15,632 bases of DNA from Thermoproteota archaeon (lineage in GTDB: Archaea; Asgardarchaeota; Njordarchaeia; Njordarchaeales; Panguiarchaeaceae), in NCBI GenBank assembly GCA_024720975.1, contig JANJXX010000013.1, forward strand, positions 1-15,632. Reading direction: 5' to 3'. The notes beneath the pieces were generated by a model. It ran no database searches. It worked only from the letters and a program-made list of their open reading frames with translations, and was not told where the DNA came from. How positions within the stretch are numbered: position 1 is the first letter of the stretch; each line of letters begins with the position of its first letter. The position numbers were made by a program, and so were the translations under genes. Below, piece after piece: positions 6,928-15,416 of this stretch.

Positions 6928-7960
6928 ACAAAGCATAATTATTCTTCTAATAGTTCTAGGTATATTTTCAGCCAAAGTGGATGTTGAAACTCAAAGTGAA
7001 CAAAAAATTTCTGTTGTTTGCAGCTTGGAAGCATTTGCAGGTATAGTTCAAAGAATTGGAGGAAGTTATATTATTGTAGACTATATAATTCCTGATGGCG
7101 CTGATCCGCACAACTATGCTTTAACTTTGGATGATATAGCAAAGGCTAGTAAAGCGGACTTAATCGTACTCATAAACAGCGAGTTCCTGAGCCTTGAGTC
7201 TGATCTAAAGGAGGCTGTATATGAAACTAATCAAAGCAAGCAATTTCTGGATTTTCGTGACTATGAAAACTATGGAATTGCTATATTGCCCGCACCTGGG
7301 ATAGAGAAGAACTATCACGCATATTGGACTTACCCAGACAACGCTATTGCCATAGCAAAAGCAGTCAAGGATAAGTTATCATACCTACAACCAGCACTTT
7401 CGAGCGTTTTTGAGGCGAACTTCAATGAATTCGTGCGAGAGGTCAATGTAATAAAGGATAAGATGTTAGACGTAGCAAAGAAAAAGGGACTAGAATCAAA
7501 AGGGGCGTTGCTAGTGAGCCCAGAGGTAGCATACATTGCGGTATCTTTTGGCTTAGTCCCTGTGGAAATGATATCTGAAGCTCATGGAGGTTATATCGGT
7601 CAGGATATTGTGGAGATTGAGAATAAAATAAAATCTAACGAAATCTCGATAGCCCTTTGTCCAGATAATATGATAGGAACAGCTCCTGAAAAGATTCTAA
7701 AAGAGATACAGTCGCGAACGGGTATACCCATAGCATATGTACGTGTTTTTTCTCTTGGTGGCCTTAAAGACTACATAGGTCTGCTAGCATATAACCTTGG
7801 AGTTATAGCATCCCTTAGCACCCAAACAACAACATACAATAGTAACGAACTTTGCATTTACCTAGGTTTGGCTTTGTTTTTCACCTCTATAGCGGCAATT
7901 GTTGAGGCGTTAGTTATCTTCCGCATCAAGCGCCTAGCCGAGGAGAATCTCAATGTTTGA
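6917..7960 (+). CDS. Zn/Mn-type ABC transporter substrate-binding protein (ZnuA/TroA family) with C-terminal TM anchor
   Basis: Signal peptide, IVQRIGG..I.V..IIPDGADPHNY, ADLIV and NYHAYW..P.NA..IA..V...L. A Ser/Thr-rich linker is followed by a hydrophobic C-terminal helix. Confidence 0.9.
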   Translation: MNARQSIIILLIVLGIFSAKVDVETQSEQKISVVCSLEAFAGIVQRIGGSYIIVDYIIPDGADPHNYALTLDDIAKASKADLIVLINSEFLSLESDLKEAVYETNQSKQFLDFRDYENYGIAILPAPGIEKNYHAYWTYPDNAIAIAKAVKDKLSYLQPALSSVFEANFNEFVREVNVIKDKMLDVAKKKGLESKGALLVSPEVAYIAVSFGLVPVEMISEAHGGYIGQDIVEIENKIKSNEISIALCPDNMIGTAPEKILKEIQSRTGIPIAYVRVFSLGGLKDYIGLLAYNLGVIASLSTQTTTYNSNELCIYLGLALFFTSIAAIVEALVIFRIKRLAEENLNV

Positions 7961-8741
7961 TACTGTGATAAAAGTCGAGGATCTAGTCGCCGGGTATAAT
8001 AACAAGCCGGTAATCAAGGATATATCATTTAGCGTAAAAAGTGGTGAAATTATTGCAATAATTGGGCCTAACGGAGCTGGAAAATCGACATTGCTTAAGG
8101 CAATACTAGGAATAGCAAGAATATTCTCCGGGGCAATAAAAGTTCTTAACTACTCAGTTAAGAGCGATTTAAAGATGATCAAGAGGCTTGTGGGCTACGT
8201 TCCCCAGAGAGAATATGTTTCATTTAATGTACCTCTGAGAGTAAGAGATATAGTTCTCTCCGGAATACTACTCAAGAGAGGGCCTCTATCAATTCCGACG
8301 AAGGGCGATATGCTCAAAGTTAGAAGAATCCTCGAGAGCGTTAACTTACCAAGAGACCTATGGTTGAAGAAATTTAGTGAGCTATCTGGGGGCCAGCAAC
8401 AAAAAACTCTACTCGCCAGAGCTCTAGTCTCAGAGCCAAAAATCCTATTGCTTGATGAACCGTTCTCCGCTGTCGATATACCATCGCAAAGGGAAATAAT
8501 GCATTTTCTAAGGAATATGGTAGATAATAACAAATTGTGTGTTCTGATAGTTCTTCACGACATAAATGAGGTAACAGATTACATTGACAAAGTAATTCTA
8601 TTGAACAAAACTGTTATCGCCTGGGGAAAGCCTGAGGAAGTATTAACTCGAGAAAACCTAAAAATTGCCTACGGAGTTGACATAGAAATAATAGTCCATA
8701 AGGGAAAGTGCTTAGCTCTGATCGGTGATAAACATGCTTGA
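7953..8741 (+). CDS. Metal ABC transporter ATP-binding protein (ZnuC-like)
   Basis: Walker A GPNGAGKST, GYVPQ, signature LSGGQQQ, Walker B LLLDEP and H-loop VLHD. GAGGAG SD upstream. Confidence 0.95.
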   Translation: MFDTVIKVEDLVAGYNNKPVIKDISFSVKSGEIIAIIGPNGAGKSTLLKAILGIARIFSGAIKVLNYSVKSDLKMIKRLVGYVPQREYVSFNVPLRVRDIVLSGILLKRGPLSIPTKGDMLKVRRILESVNLPRDLWLKKFSELSGGQQQKTLLARALVSEPKILLLDEPFSAVDIPSQREIMHFLRNMVDNNKLCVLIVLHDINEVTDYIDKVILLNKTVIAWGKPEEVLTRENLKIAYGVDIEIIVHKGKCLALIGDKHA

Positions 8742-9564
8742 AACAATATTAGAAATGCTTTCCAATGTATTCTTCCAGCGTGCTCTAGTATGTGTAGTAC
8801 TTATAAGCATAGTCTCAGCTACCATCGGAAGTACTGTGACTTTTAGAGGTATGAGCTTTTTGGTGTCAACAATAGCTCACTCATCCCTAGCTGGGGCGGC
8901 TCTTGCAATACTATTAAGACAGTATAACATAATAAACATAAACCCAACATTTGGTGCTCTGATATTTGGAGTGCTACTAGCCTTGTTTATTGGGTCTCAC
9001 AGTAGAACGGAGTTGCGGGAACATATGGAAGTCGTAATTGGGGTTGCGTTCTCATTGTCAATGAGTCTTGCAATACTATTCATATCAATGATGAAAGAGT
9101 ACACAACGAGTGTTTGGGCCCTGATTCTTGGTGACATACTGTTATTATCAACAGAAGACATAATTTTTCTTACTACGATATCAACTTTTGTAGCATTCAT
9201 TTTCGTGCTATTTATGAGAGAGTTTGTAAACATAGCATTCGACCCTGAGGGAGTCAAAGCACTCGGCGTTAATGTTAAGCTCTACGAAATAATACTACTA
9301 ATATTAATTGCAAGCAGTGTGGTCGTTCTCCTAAGAGGAATAGGAGCAATACTCGTGTATGCGGTACTAATAATACCCCCGGCGATAGCTAATATCATGG
9401 GGAAGAGCATCACTGATGTGATCTTAAAGGCTTTTATTATATCAGCATCTGCCGGAATAGCAGGAATTTTACTATCAATTCCATTACGCATAGCTCCTGG
9501 TGCAATAATAGGATTAATCCTTGCGGTCCTATATCTATTCACTTCTATAAGAATCCGAAAATGA
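8734..9564 (+). CDS. Metal ABC transporter permease (ZnuB/ABC-3 family)
   Basis: FFQRAL, RGMSF....IAHSSLAG, LGDIL, FDPE..KA.GV, GAILV.A.LIIP and PGA.I. ATG 8734 follows GGTGA at 8724-8728. Confidence 0.94.
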   Translation: MLETILEMLSNVFFQRALVCVVLISIVSATIGSTVTFRGMSFLVSTIAHSSLAGAALAILLRQYNIININPTFGALIFGVLLALFIGSHSRTELREHMEVVIGVAFSLSMSLAILFISMMKEYTTSVWALILGDILLLSTEDIIFLTTISTFVAFIFVLFMREFVNIAFDPEGVKALGVNVKLYEIILLILIASSVVVLLRGIGAILVYAVLIIPPAIANIMGKSITDVILKAFIISASAGIAGILLSIPLRIAPGAIIGLILAVLYLFTSIRIRK

Positions 9565-9882
9565 CATCTCAGAATGCACTCAAAACAGCCTAAGGGAGCG
9601 ACAGCTGAACAACCTCTTGATAAAGTTTTTCAGACCTACTTTAGTCACTAAAAATATTTTTGAGGACAGAGTGAGTATTTGACGAGTGAAAAACATATAG
9701 CTAATGAAGTCAAGAATTATTTCAACGTAAATCTTTCGACCGCTAAGAAGTAGATCAAGCAAGACAGCCGACATATTGCAGGGTTAACAAGGGTCCGTAT
9801 TCTAGAGAAAAACTAAAGCAACCAGGGCAACTTAACTAATGGGGGAATAATCATTTGGCGGATTAGACTTCGTAGAATGAGG

Positions 9883-10452
9883 TTAGATAGTCTGGCTAAA
9901 ATCTAGGTAGATTCTACTGGGTACAGCCCCTCTCTGACCGACGTATTTACTTGATTTTCTCTGATTGTATGGCACCATTGATGGCTTATCCTGCAGTATG
10001 AAAGCTATTTGAGCTACCTTCATTTTAGGATATAGCTTTATGGGGACAGTATTCACATTGGTCATCTCAAGAGTTAACGTTCCCTCAAAACCTGCATCTA
10101 TGAAGCCCCCAGTAGAATGTATTACCAAGCCTAGTCTTGCCAAAGATGAACGGCCTTCGATCCTCGCGCTGATATATGATGGCAGTTTAATATACTCTAG
10201 CGTTGTTGCAATTACGAAATGTCCAGGATGGAGAACTATGAATTCCTCATCGCTAATGTGTATATGTTCAAGGAAATCATCCACAGGATTGCGAGGGTCT
10301 ATCGCCTCTATACGCTTACGATCGAACATTAGGAAATCATTGCCAAGCCTTAGATCAACTGAAGATGGTCCAATGAGGGCTTCATCAAATGGATCTATGA
10401 TTATTTCTCCCTTTCTGATAAGCTCGATTATTGTTCTGTCCGATAATAACAT
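9883..10452 (-). CDS. dcd: dCTP deaminase (probably dUMP-forming, bifunctional type)
   Basis: MLLSD, PSSVDLRLG, TLEYIKLP, EGRSSLARLGL, GFIDAGFEG.LTLE and KY.GQ.G..PSR. Confidence 0.95.
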   Translation of the reverse strand: MLLSDRTIIELIRKGEIIIDPFDEALIGPSSVDLRLGNDFLMFDRKRIEAIDPRNPVDDFLEHIHISDEEFIVLHPGHFVIATTLEYIKLPSYISARIEGRSSLARLGLVIHSTGGFIDAGFEGTLTLEMTNVNTVPIKLYPKMKVAQIAFILQDKPSMVPYNQRKSSKYVGQRGAVPSRIYLDFSQTI

Positions 10453-10468
10453 AGCGTAGACACGCTGC

Positions 10469-12397
10469 CTAAAGTACGTAGTGGACTCTATGCTTAAACT
10501 CTTTCTGCCTGCCCAAATTCCATGATTGAACAGGCCTATAATAGCCGACTATTCTGCTCCAGACTTCCGTTGCAGATCCACAGACCGGACAGTTCCAGTA
10601 GATTCCTATTCCCTGCCAACTGCATTTTGTACAGATAGATATTGCTGGAGTTATGCTAAAGTATACAATTTTTGTGTTCGTTACGATACTATAAATGAAC
10701 TTCTTTAAAGCCTTCGGGTCTATAGACTGGCCGACGAATAAATGCGCCATAACACCCCCAGTAAATTCCTGCTGTACAAGTCCTTCAAGTTCAACCCTCT
10801 TTGTTATAGGCACGGGAGCGTAATATGGAACAATACTACTACTATACATAGGTTCTCCATTGAGGATAGGAATGAACACCTCGCCTTTGTCTACTAAATC
10901 TTTGAACCTTCTATAATCATCCATAGCAAGTCTATATGCAGCACTCTCACCGGGAATCTCCTCAACATTATATAAGACATTGTCCAGCTCCTCCCATTCC
11001 TCAGTTTTCTTTCTGATGAATCTGACAACCCTTCTCATTAACTCTATGGCTTCACTAACTTGAGGAGAGTCCCAAATATCAAAGTTACCAATGAGATTTA
11101 CAGCAGCCTCTGGAAGTCCAACGACGCCTATTGTGCTAAAATGGCTTGCAAAGCTTTGCATATATATTTTTGTTAGTGGCATTAAACCCAGTTCAAGCGA
11201 CTTTTGGTATCGAACTCTTAGCCTAGCTAAAACCTCTCTAGCGATAATCATTTTATCTAGCAGCATATCAAAGAACTTATCTTCATCACCATTGCTCATG
11301 ATCGCCAGTCTTGGCAGATTGATAGTAACTACACCTATACTTCCGGTAGCATCAGGCGCGGCCCAGACGCCGCGAGGTCCCCTAGACTTTTTGAGTTCGC
11401 TGTACATGTCGTCGAACTCTGATTTGTCAGGCTTAAACTTAAAGCTTAGGTGGTTCAGTTTGCGAGTGTCTATTGTGAGTCTGCAGCACATAGCATAAAG
11501 TCCTTCGATATCGCTTGCATAACCATTAAGGATGTATAGAGAGCCGCGCTTTGCAAGTACCTGAAAGATTAAATCCGTGAGTTCACCCCACCTACTTCCA
11601 TTCCAATCAAACTTCGGTGTAAGCATGAGTGTTATTATTGGGAATGTGAATGGTCTTCCTAGAGCATCTCCCTCCAGGTATAATTTTAGTAGCTCCTCAT
11701 CCACTATAATTGCCTCATTGATGTAATCTCCAGCCCTTCCAATAACCTTTCCACCAACTATAGCATCGCTGTTGAGATATGCCTCCGAGAGATCCATGAC
11801 AATAGTTATATTGGTAAACGGACTCTGAAAACCAATTCTAGACGGGTAATTTATCTCGTAAACAAGTCTCTGAAGAGCCTGTCTAATTTCTTTTCGTCCA
11901 ATATTGTCATGCTTAACGAAAGGTGCTAGGAATAAGTCAAAGCCGCTGGTTGCTTGAGCACCACTCCATTCATTCGCAGCGAGGAAGAAGAAATTCACTA
12001 AGTGTGAAATTGCAGTATCAAAATGCTTTGCAGGATTTGATATTATTGTTGGTGTTTTTAAACCGACCTTTAGTAGTTTTTGCAAAGACCAGCCTGCGCA
12101 GTATGGTATAAAGAGAGACAGGGGCAGCTTATGAATGTGAATTTCCGAGTTTACATGACCTTCAACAGCCTCTTTAGGGAAATACTTTTCAAGAACAGAT
12201 GGATGTTTCAATGCTTTCGAAAGGACGTAATTTACAAAAGCCCCGAAGGATCTGTTCACATTAGCATTTTCTCTACTTTCCCAGTCGCTTTTCTCTTCCA
12301 AATATTGCTTCTCCAATAGGTCTATCTGGGTTGCAATATAGCCTGCAGCCTCGATTACCCTCTGTTTGCTTATAGTATCTTTAGTCATATAAACCAT
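10469..12397 (-). CDS. nrdD: Anaerobic (class III) ribonucleoside-triphosphate reductase
   Basis: ENAN, IHIH.L....PYCAGWS, QSPFTN, GRPFTFPI, AMCCRL finger loop, TGSIGVVTINLPR, Zn ribbon CTKC...CPVC and glycyl-radical motif SRIVGYYRPV..WN.G...EF..R. Confidence 0.96.
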   Translation of the reverse strand: MVYMTKDTISKQRVIEAAGYIATQIDLLEKQYLEEKSDWESRENANVNRSFGAFVNYVLSKALKHPSVLEKYFPKEAVEGHVNSEIHIHKLPLSLFIPYCAGWSLQKLLKVGLKTPTIISNPAKHFDTAISHLVNFFFLAANEWSGAQATSGFDLFLAPFVKHDNIGRKEIRQALQRLVYEINYPSRIGFQSPFTNITIVMDLSEAYLNSDAIVGGKVIGRAGDYINEAIIVDEELLKLYLEGDALGRPFTFPIITLMLTPKFDWNGSRWGELTDLIFQVLAKRGSLYILNGYASDIEGLYAMCCRLTIDTRKLNHLSFKFKPDKSEFDDMYSELKKSRGPRGVWAAPDATGSIGVVTINLPRLAIMSNGDEDKFFDMLLDKMIIAREVLARLRVRYQKSLELGLMPLTKIYMQSFASHFSTIGVVGLPEAAVNLIGNFDIWDSPQVSEAIELMRRVVRFIRKKTEEWEELDNVLYNVEEIPGESAAYRLAMDDYRRFKDLVDKGEVFIPILNGEPMYSSSIVPYYAPVPITKRVELEGLVQQEFTGGVMAHLFVGQSIDPKALKKFIYSIVTNTKIVYFSITPAISICTKCSWQGIGIYWNCPVCGSATEVWSRIVGYYRPVQSWNLGRQKEFKHRVHYVL

Positions 12398-12693
12398 CCT
12401 ATATGTATTCTTATACTCCTAGTCTTGTCTATTAACTGAAAAACAGATGGAATATGTTGATATCCCTCAAATGATTCATCCTACTTTATTATGGTATTAT
12501 AGTAAAGTGCTAAGATTTAACAAGGCAAGTTTTGTAATACTTTAATTGAAATACTCGAAAGTTTAGATATGCGATTTTCTACGCAAGATATTCTGCTTTT
12601 TTCGTCGATCATAAACGCCTACAAGGCTTATGAATATAAAGCTTGTAATAATTTCTTCAAAGCTGATTTCTGTAAAACTATGGGATAATTAAG

Positions 12694-13968
12694 ATGTTTG
12701 TTGAAAATATCGCCGCCGGCTTACTAAGGAGATACTGGAGAGAGATGAACAAGAGAAGTCTTAGAGTATTCATATATAAGATAAAGCTCCCAACTAAGAC
12801 AAAGAAGAGAGTAGCGAACATTCTCTTCGGTGTGGTAACGAACTTAAGACTAATTGATTGGATAATTAACAGGGCTTATTTGAATGCGGTTGAAGAGAAA
12901 GATTTACTGAGAATTTTGATATTCAGGTTGGCTATAGAGAATAACAAAGAGGTAATGCAACGAATAAGAAAAGTCGATAACATCCCTATAGAAGACCTTG
13001 CAAACAAGGTAGAGGCAGCATTAAGAGAGCTTAATAACATTCCAGCCCCTCAGAAAATAGCTATAACCTTGTCATATCCAGATTTTCTGGTACGAAGATT
13101 GAGTAAATACCTGGATTTAGTAGAATTGGAAAAACTACTCAAAGTGATGAACTATAGACTTCCATACACATGGGCGTGTGTGAACACTTGTAAATACACT
13201 CGCGAATGGATAATTGAGCGGCTCCATGATGATGGATTCAGGGTATACCCAGACTCCGACTTCTACGATTTAATAAGGTTTGAAGAACTCCCTAGACGAA
13301 TCGAAAAAAGCCAAGTTTTTAAGTTAGGGGCTTTTATTTTGATGGAAAAAGCATCATTAGCAGCGACCCATGCGCTAGAACCTAAAGCAGGTGATGTGAT
13401 ACTAGATATGGCAGCCGCTCCAGGAATAAAACTTATAGCAACAGGCTTTAAGATGGGTGAAGGCAAAATTTATGCCGTCGACATATCTAAAGAAAGAGTG
13501 GAAAGATTAAGATACATGGTCCGCAGGTATTTAAGTGGTACTGATGTAGAAGTAAAAATCATCATAGAAGACGCTAGGAAGCTTAAACCGGAAGATTTCA
13601 GCGACGTTAATAAGATAATCCTTGATGCAGAATGCTCGAGCACTGGTATGATACCAAAATCACCGGATATCAAACTGAGAATAGATCCTAATCGAATAAA
13701 GCAACTCAGTAAACTACAAACAGAGCTTCTAGCAAAAGCCATTGAGATAGCTAGATATACAAACGCAGAATTCATAGTTTACTCAACATGCTCCATACTG
13801 CCTGAGGAGGGTGAATACATCATCAGGTACTTCGTCAATAAAGAAGACATAAGTATCCTCCCGATGAACTTCGGAAGGCAGGCATATATTCCAGATCTTG
13901 GAGTTAGATTCTTTCCTCACACCGAAAAAACAATAGGATTCTTTATATCCAAGTTTTGTGTTAAATAG
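12694..13968 (+). CDS. RsmB/NOP2/NSUN-family RNA cytosine-C5 methyltransferase
   Basis: ILDMAAAPG.K (motif I), AVDIS..R, DAR, LDAECSSTG....PD (motif IV), VYSTCS..PEEGE (motif VI) and RFFPH....GFFI. Confidence 0.93.
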   Translation: MFVENIAAGLLRRYWREMNKRSLRVFIYKIKLPTKTKKRVANILFGVVTNLRLIDWIINRAYLNAVEEKDLLRILIFRLAIENNKEVMQRIRKVDNIPIEDLANKVEAALRELNNIPAPQKIAITLSYPDFLVRRLSKYLDLVELEKLLKVMNYRLPYTWACVNTCKYTREWIIERLHDDGFRVYPDSDFYDLIRFEELPRRIEKSQVFKLGAFILMEKASLAATHALEPKAGDVILDMAAAPGIKLIATGFKMGEGKIYAVDISKERVERLRYMVRRYLSGTDVEVKIIIEDARKLKPEDFSDVNKIILDAECSSTGMIPKSPDIKLRIDPNRIKQLSKLQTELLAKAIEIARYTNAEFIVYSTCSILPEEGEYIIRYFVNKEDISILPMNFGRQAYIPDLGVRFFPHTEKTIGFFISKFCVK

Positions 13969-14338
13969 TAATCTCAACATAGACTCCAGTTGAATTCAAT
14001 ACAGCCCCCGGAGAAATAGGTCAATTTTCTGTGCGATCTCTCTTAGGAAATCATTAAAAGAAGCCATGAAAATCGAAATAGTAATAGCATCATCCCAATA
14101 ACAAAGGATCATAGTAAAAAGCATTTGATGTGCGCATTGACCATTGTGTAGCGTCATAAGCTATTGAATAATCGAGGAAAAGTACCTTTTTCATTGCCTT
14201 TCAAGGTGATTGCTATTTACTTCTCTAATGTAATACTACTCCAAGTATAAAGTTACCTCTATTTAACGAATCAATTTGCCAAAGCTAATCTATAGCCACT
14301 TTTACTGCAGCATTATATCATGAAGGTCTTGATAAGCA

Positions 14339-15088
14339 ATGGTGTACAAAATGAACATCCCCTTTGTCGATGCTCACTGTCATGTATATGGGCTCGGGAA
14401 AGACAGGCTCAAGGAAGTTCTAAAAGATACCGTAGTTGTTGGAGTAGCCGAAGATCTTGATACATCAAGGAAGATAATCGAGCTAAGCAATCAGTTCTCG
14501 AACATAATACCGCTAGTCGGACTTCACCCTTGGAAGGTTGACACAGCCACCGAAAAAGAACTCGAGGAAATTGTTTCGCTCATCGACAAAGCAAGAGGAT
14601 TAGGTGAAATAGGCCTCGATGGAAAGGCACGTGCTCTTGAAAAGCAGTTGATGTTCTTCGAGCAACAGCTTAAAATAGCAAGCGAATATGACCTACCAGT
14701 GAATTTGCACTCAAGAGCAGCGTGGCAAGAGGTAATGAATCTATTACTTAAATACGAGATAAAGTCAGCTATCTGGCACTGGTACTCTGGTCCAATAGAA
14801 CTCTTAAAGGACTTTGAAGCGCAGGGATATTTCATCACAATAAATCCGTCCGTAATCTTCCAGGACAAACATCTCAAGGTGCTAGAACAAGCACCGATGT
14901 CGATAATATTAACAGAAAGTGACGGGCCGTACGAGTATAGAGGAAAATATCTAACTCCTGCAGAGATACCGTCTCTGGTAGCATTTATCGCAAGAGTCAA
15001 GCAAACTACAGCTAAAAAAGTCAAGCAGGCGATTTGGGAGAATCTTCTAAGGATTTTCCCAACTATTGAATTTAACAATAATAAATAA
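14339..15088 (+). CDS. tatD: TatD-family metal-dependent hydrolase/DNase
   Basis: DAHCH, GLHPW, GEIGLD, NLHSR, HWYSG and TESDGP. The start may be the second Met (14351). Confidence 0.93.
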   Translation: MVYKMNIPFVDAHCHVYGLGKDRLKEVLKDTVVVGVAEDLDTSRKIIELSNQFSNIIPLVGLHPWKVDTATEKELEEIVSLIDKARGLGEIGLDGKARALEKQLMFFEQQLKIASEYDLPVNLHSRAAWQEVMNLLLKYEIKSAIWHWYSGPIELLKDFEAQGYFITINPSVIFQDKHLKVLEQAPMSIILTESDGPYEYRGKYLTPAEIPSLVAFIARVKQTTAKKVKQAIWENLLRIFPTIEFNNNK

Positions 15089-15095
15089 AAATTTG

Positions 15096-15416
15096 CTATT
15101 TATGACCAAGTTTCTTCTGCAAGTTACGCCATCTCAATTTTGATACAGCTTGATCGAGAATGCTAGGATACTTTGTTCGCTGTCGAAGCTCATTATAAAC
15201 GTAATAGGAAGTTTCCCTGATTTTCTCGAGTTTCTCAGCTAAGTACATAAGCTCCTCATCAGTGGGATTAGAACAGTTATCTATGTATGAATCAATAATT
15301 GAAACTAACTTATCGACATACTCAGAGATTCTGCTCTTAAAACTTGGATGGGTCCTCTTGACTGCATCAAGTATGGGATCAATGTTAATTCTCTCTGAAG
15401 CCAAAGCCAACACCAT
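15096..15416 (-). CDS. Hypothetical alpha-helical protein (about 106 aa)
   Basis: The ORF converges on tatD with a 7-nt gap and has an amphipathic charged composition. I favour the start at ATG 15416 (MVLALASER) because the upstream extension to 15530 is AT-rich and promoter-like. Confidence 0.6.
   Translation of the reverse strand: MVLALASERINIDPILDAVKRTHPSFKSRISEYVDKLVSIIDSYIDNCSNPTDEELMYLAEKLEKIRETSYYVYNELRQRTKYPSILDQAVSKLRWRNLQKKLGHK

Noticed and set aside
6266-9753. In-frame TGA (6266-6268) and TAG (9751-9753) as selenocysteine or pyrrolysine recoding
   Set aside because: Neither falls at a catalytic position, both frames have other stops or no start, and I see no SECIS-like hairpin. 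Decay or chance is simpler.
9580-9774. 64-aa minus-strand ORF downstream of dcd as a missing NrdG or redoxin
   Set aside because: It has no CxxxCxxC or CxxC motif, is too short, and has atypical composition.
10469-12397. Intein or intron in nrdD
   Set aside because: The ORF is continuous at 642 aa, with no C/S...HN splice motifs or LAGLIDADG domain and no room for one.
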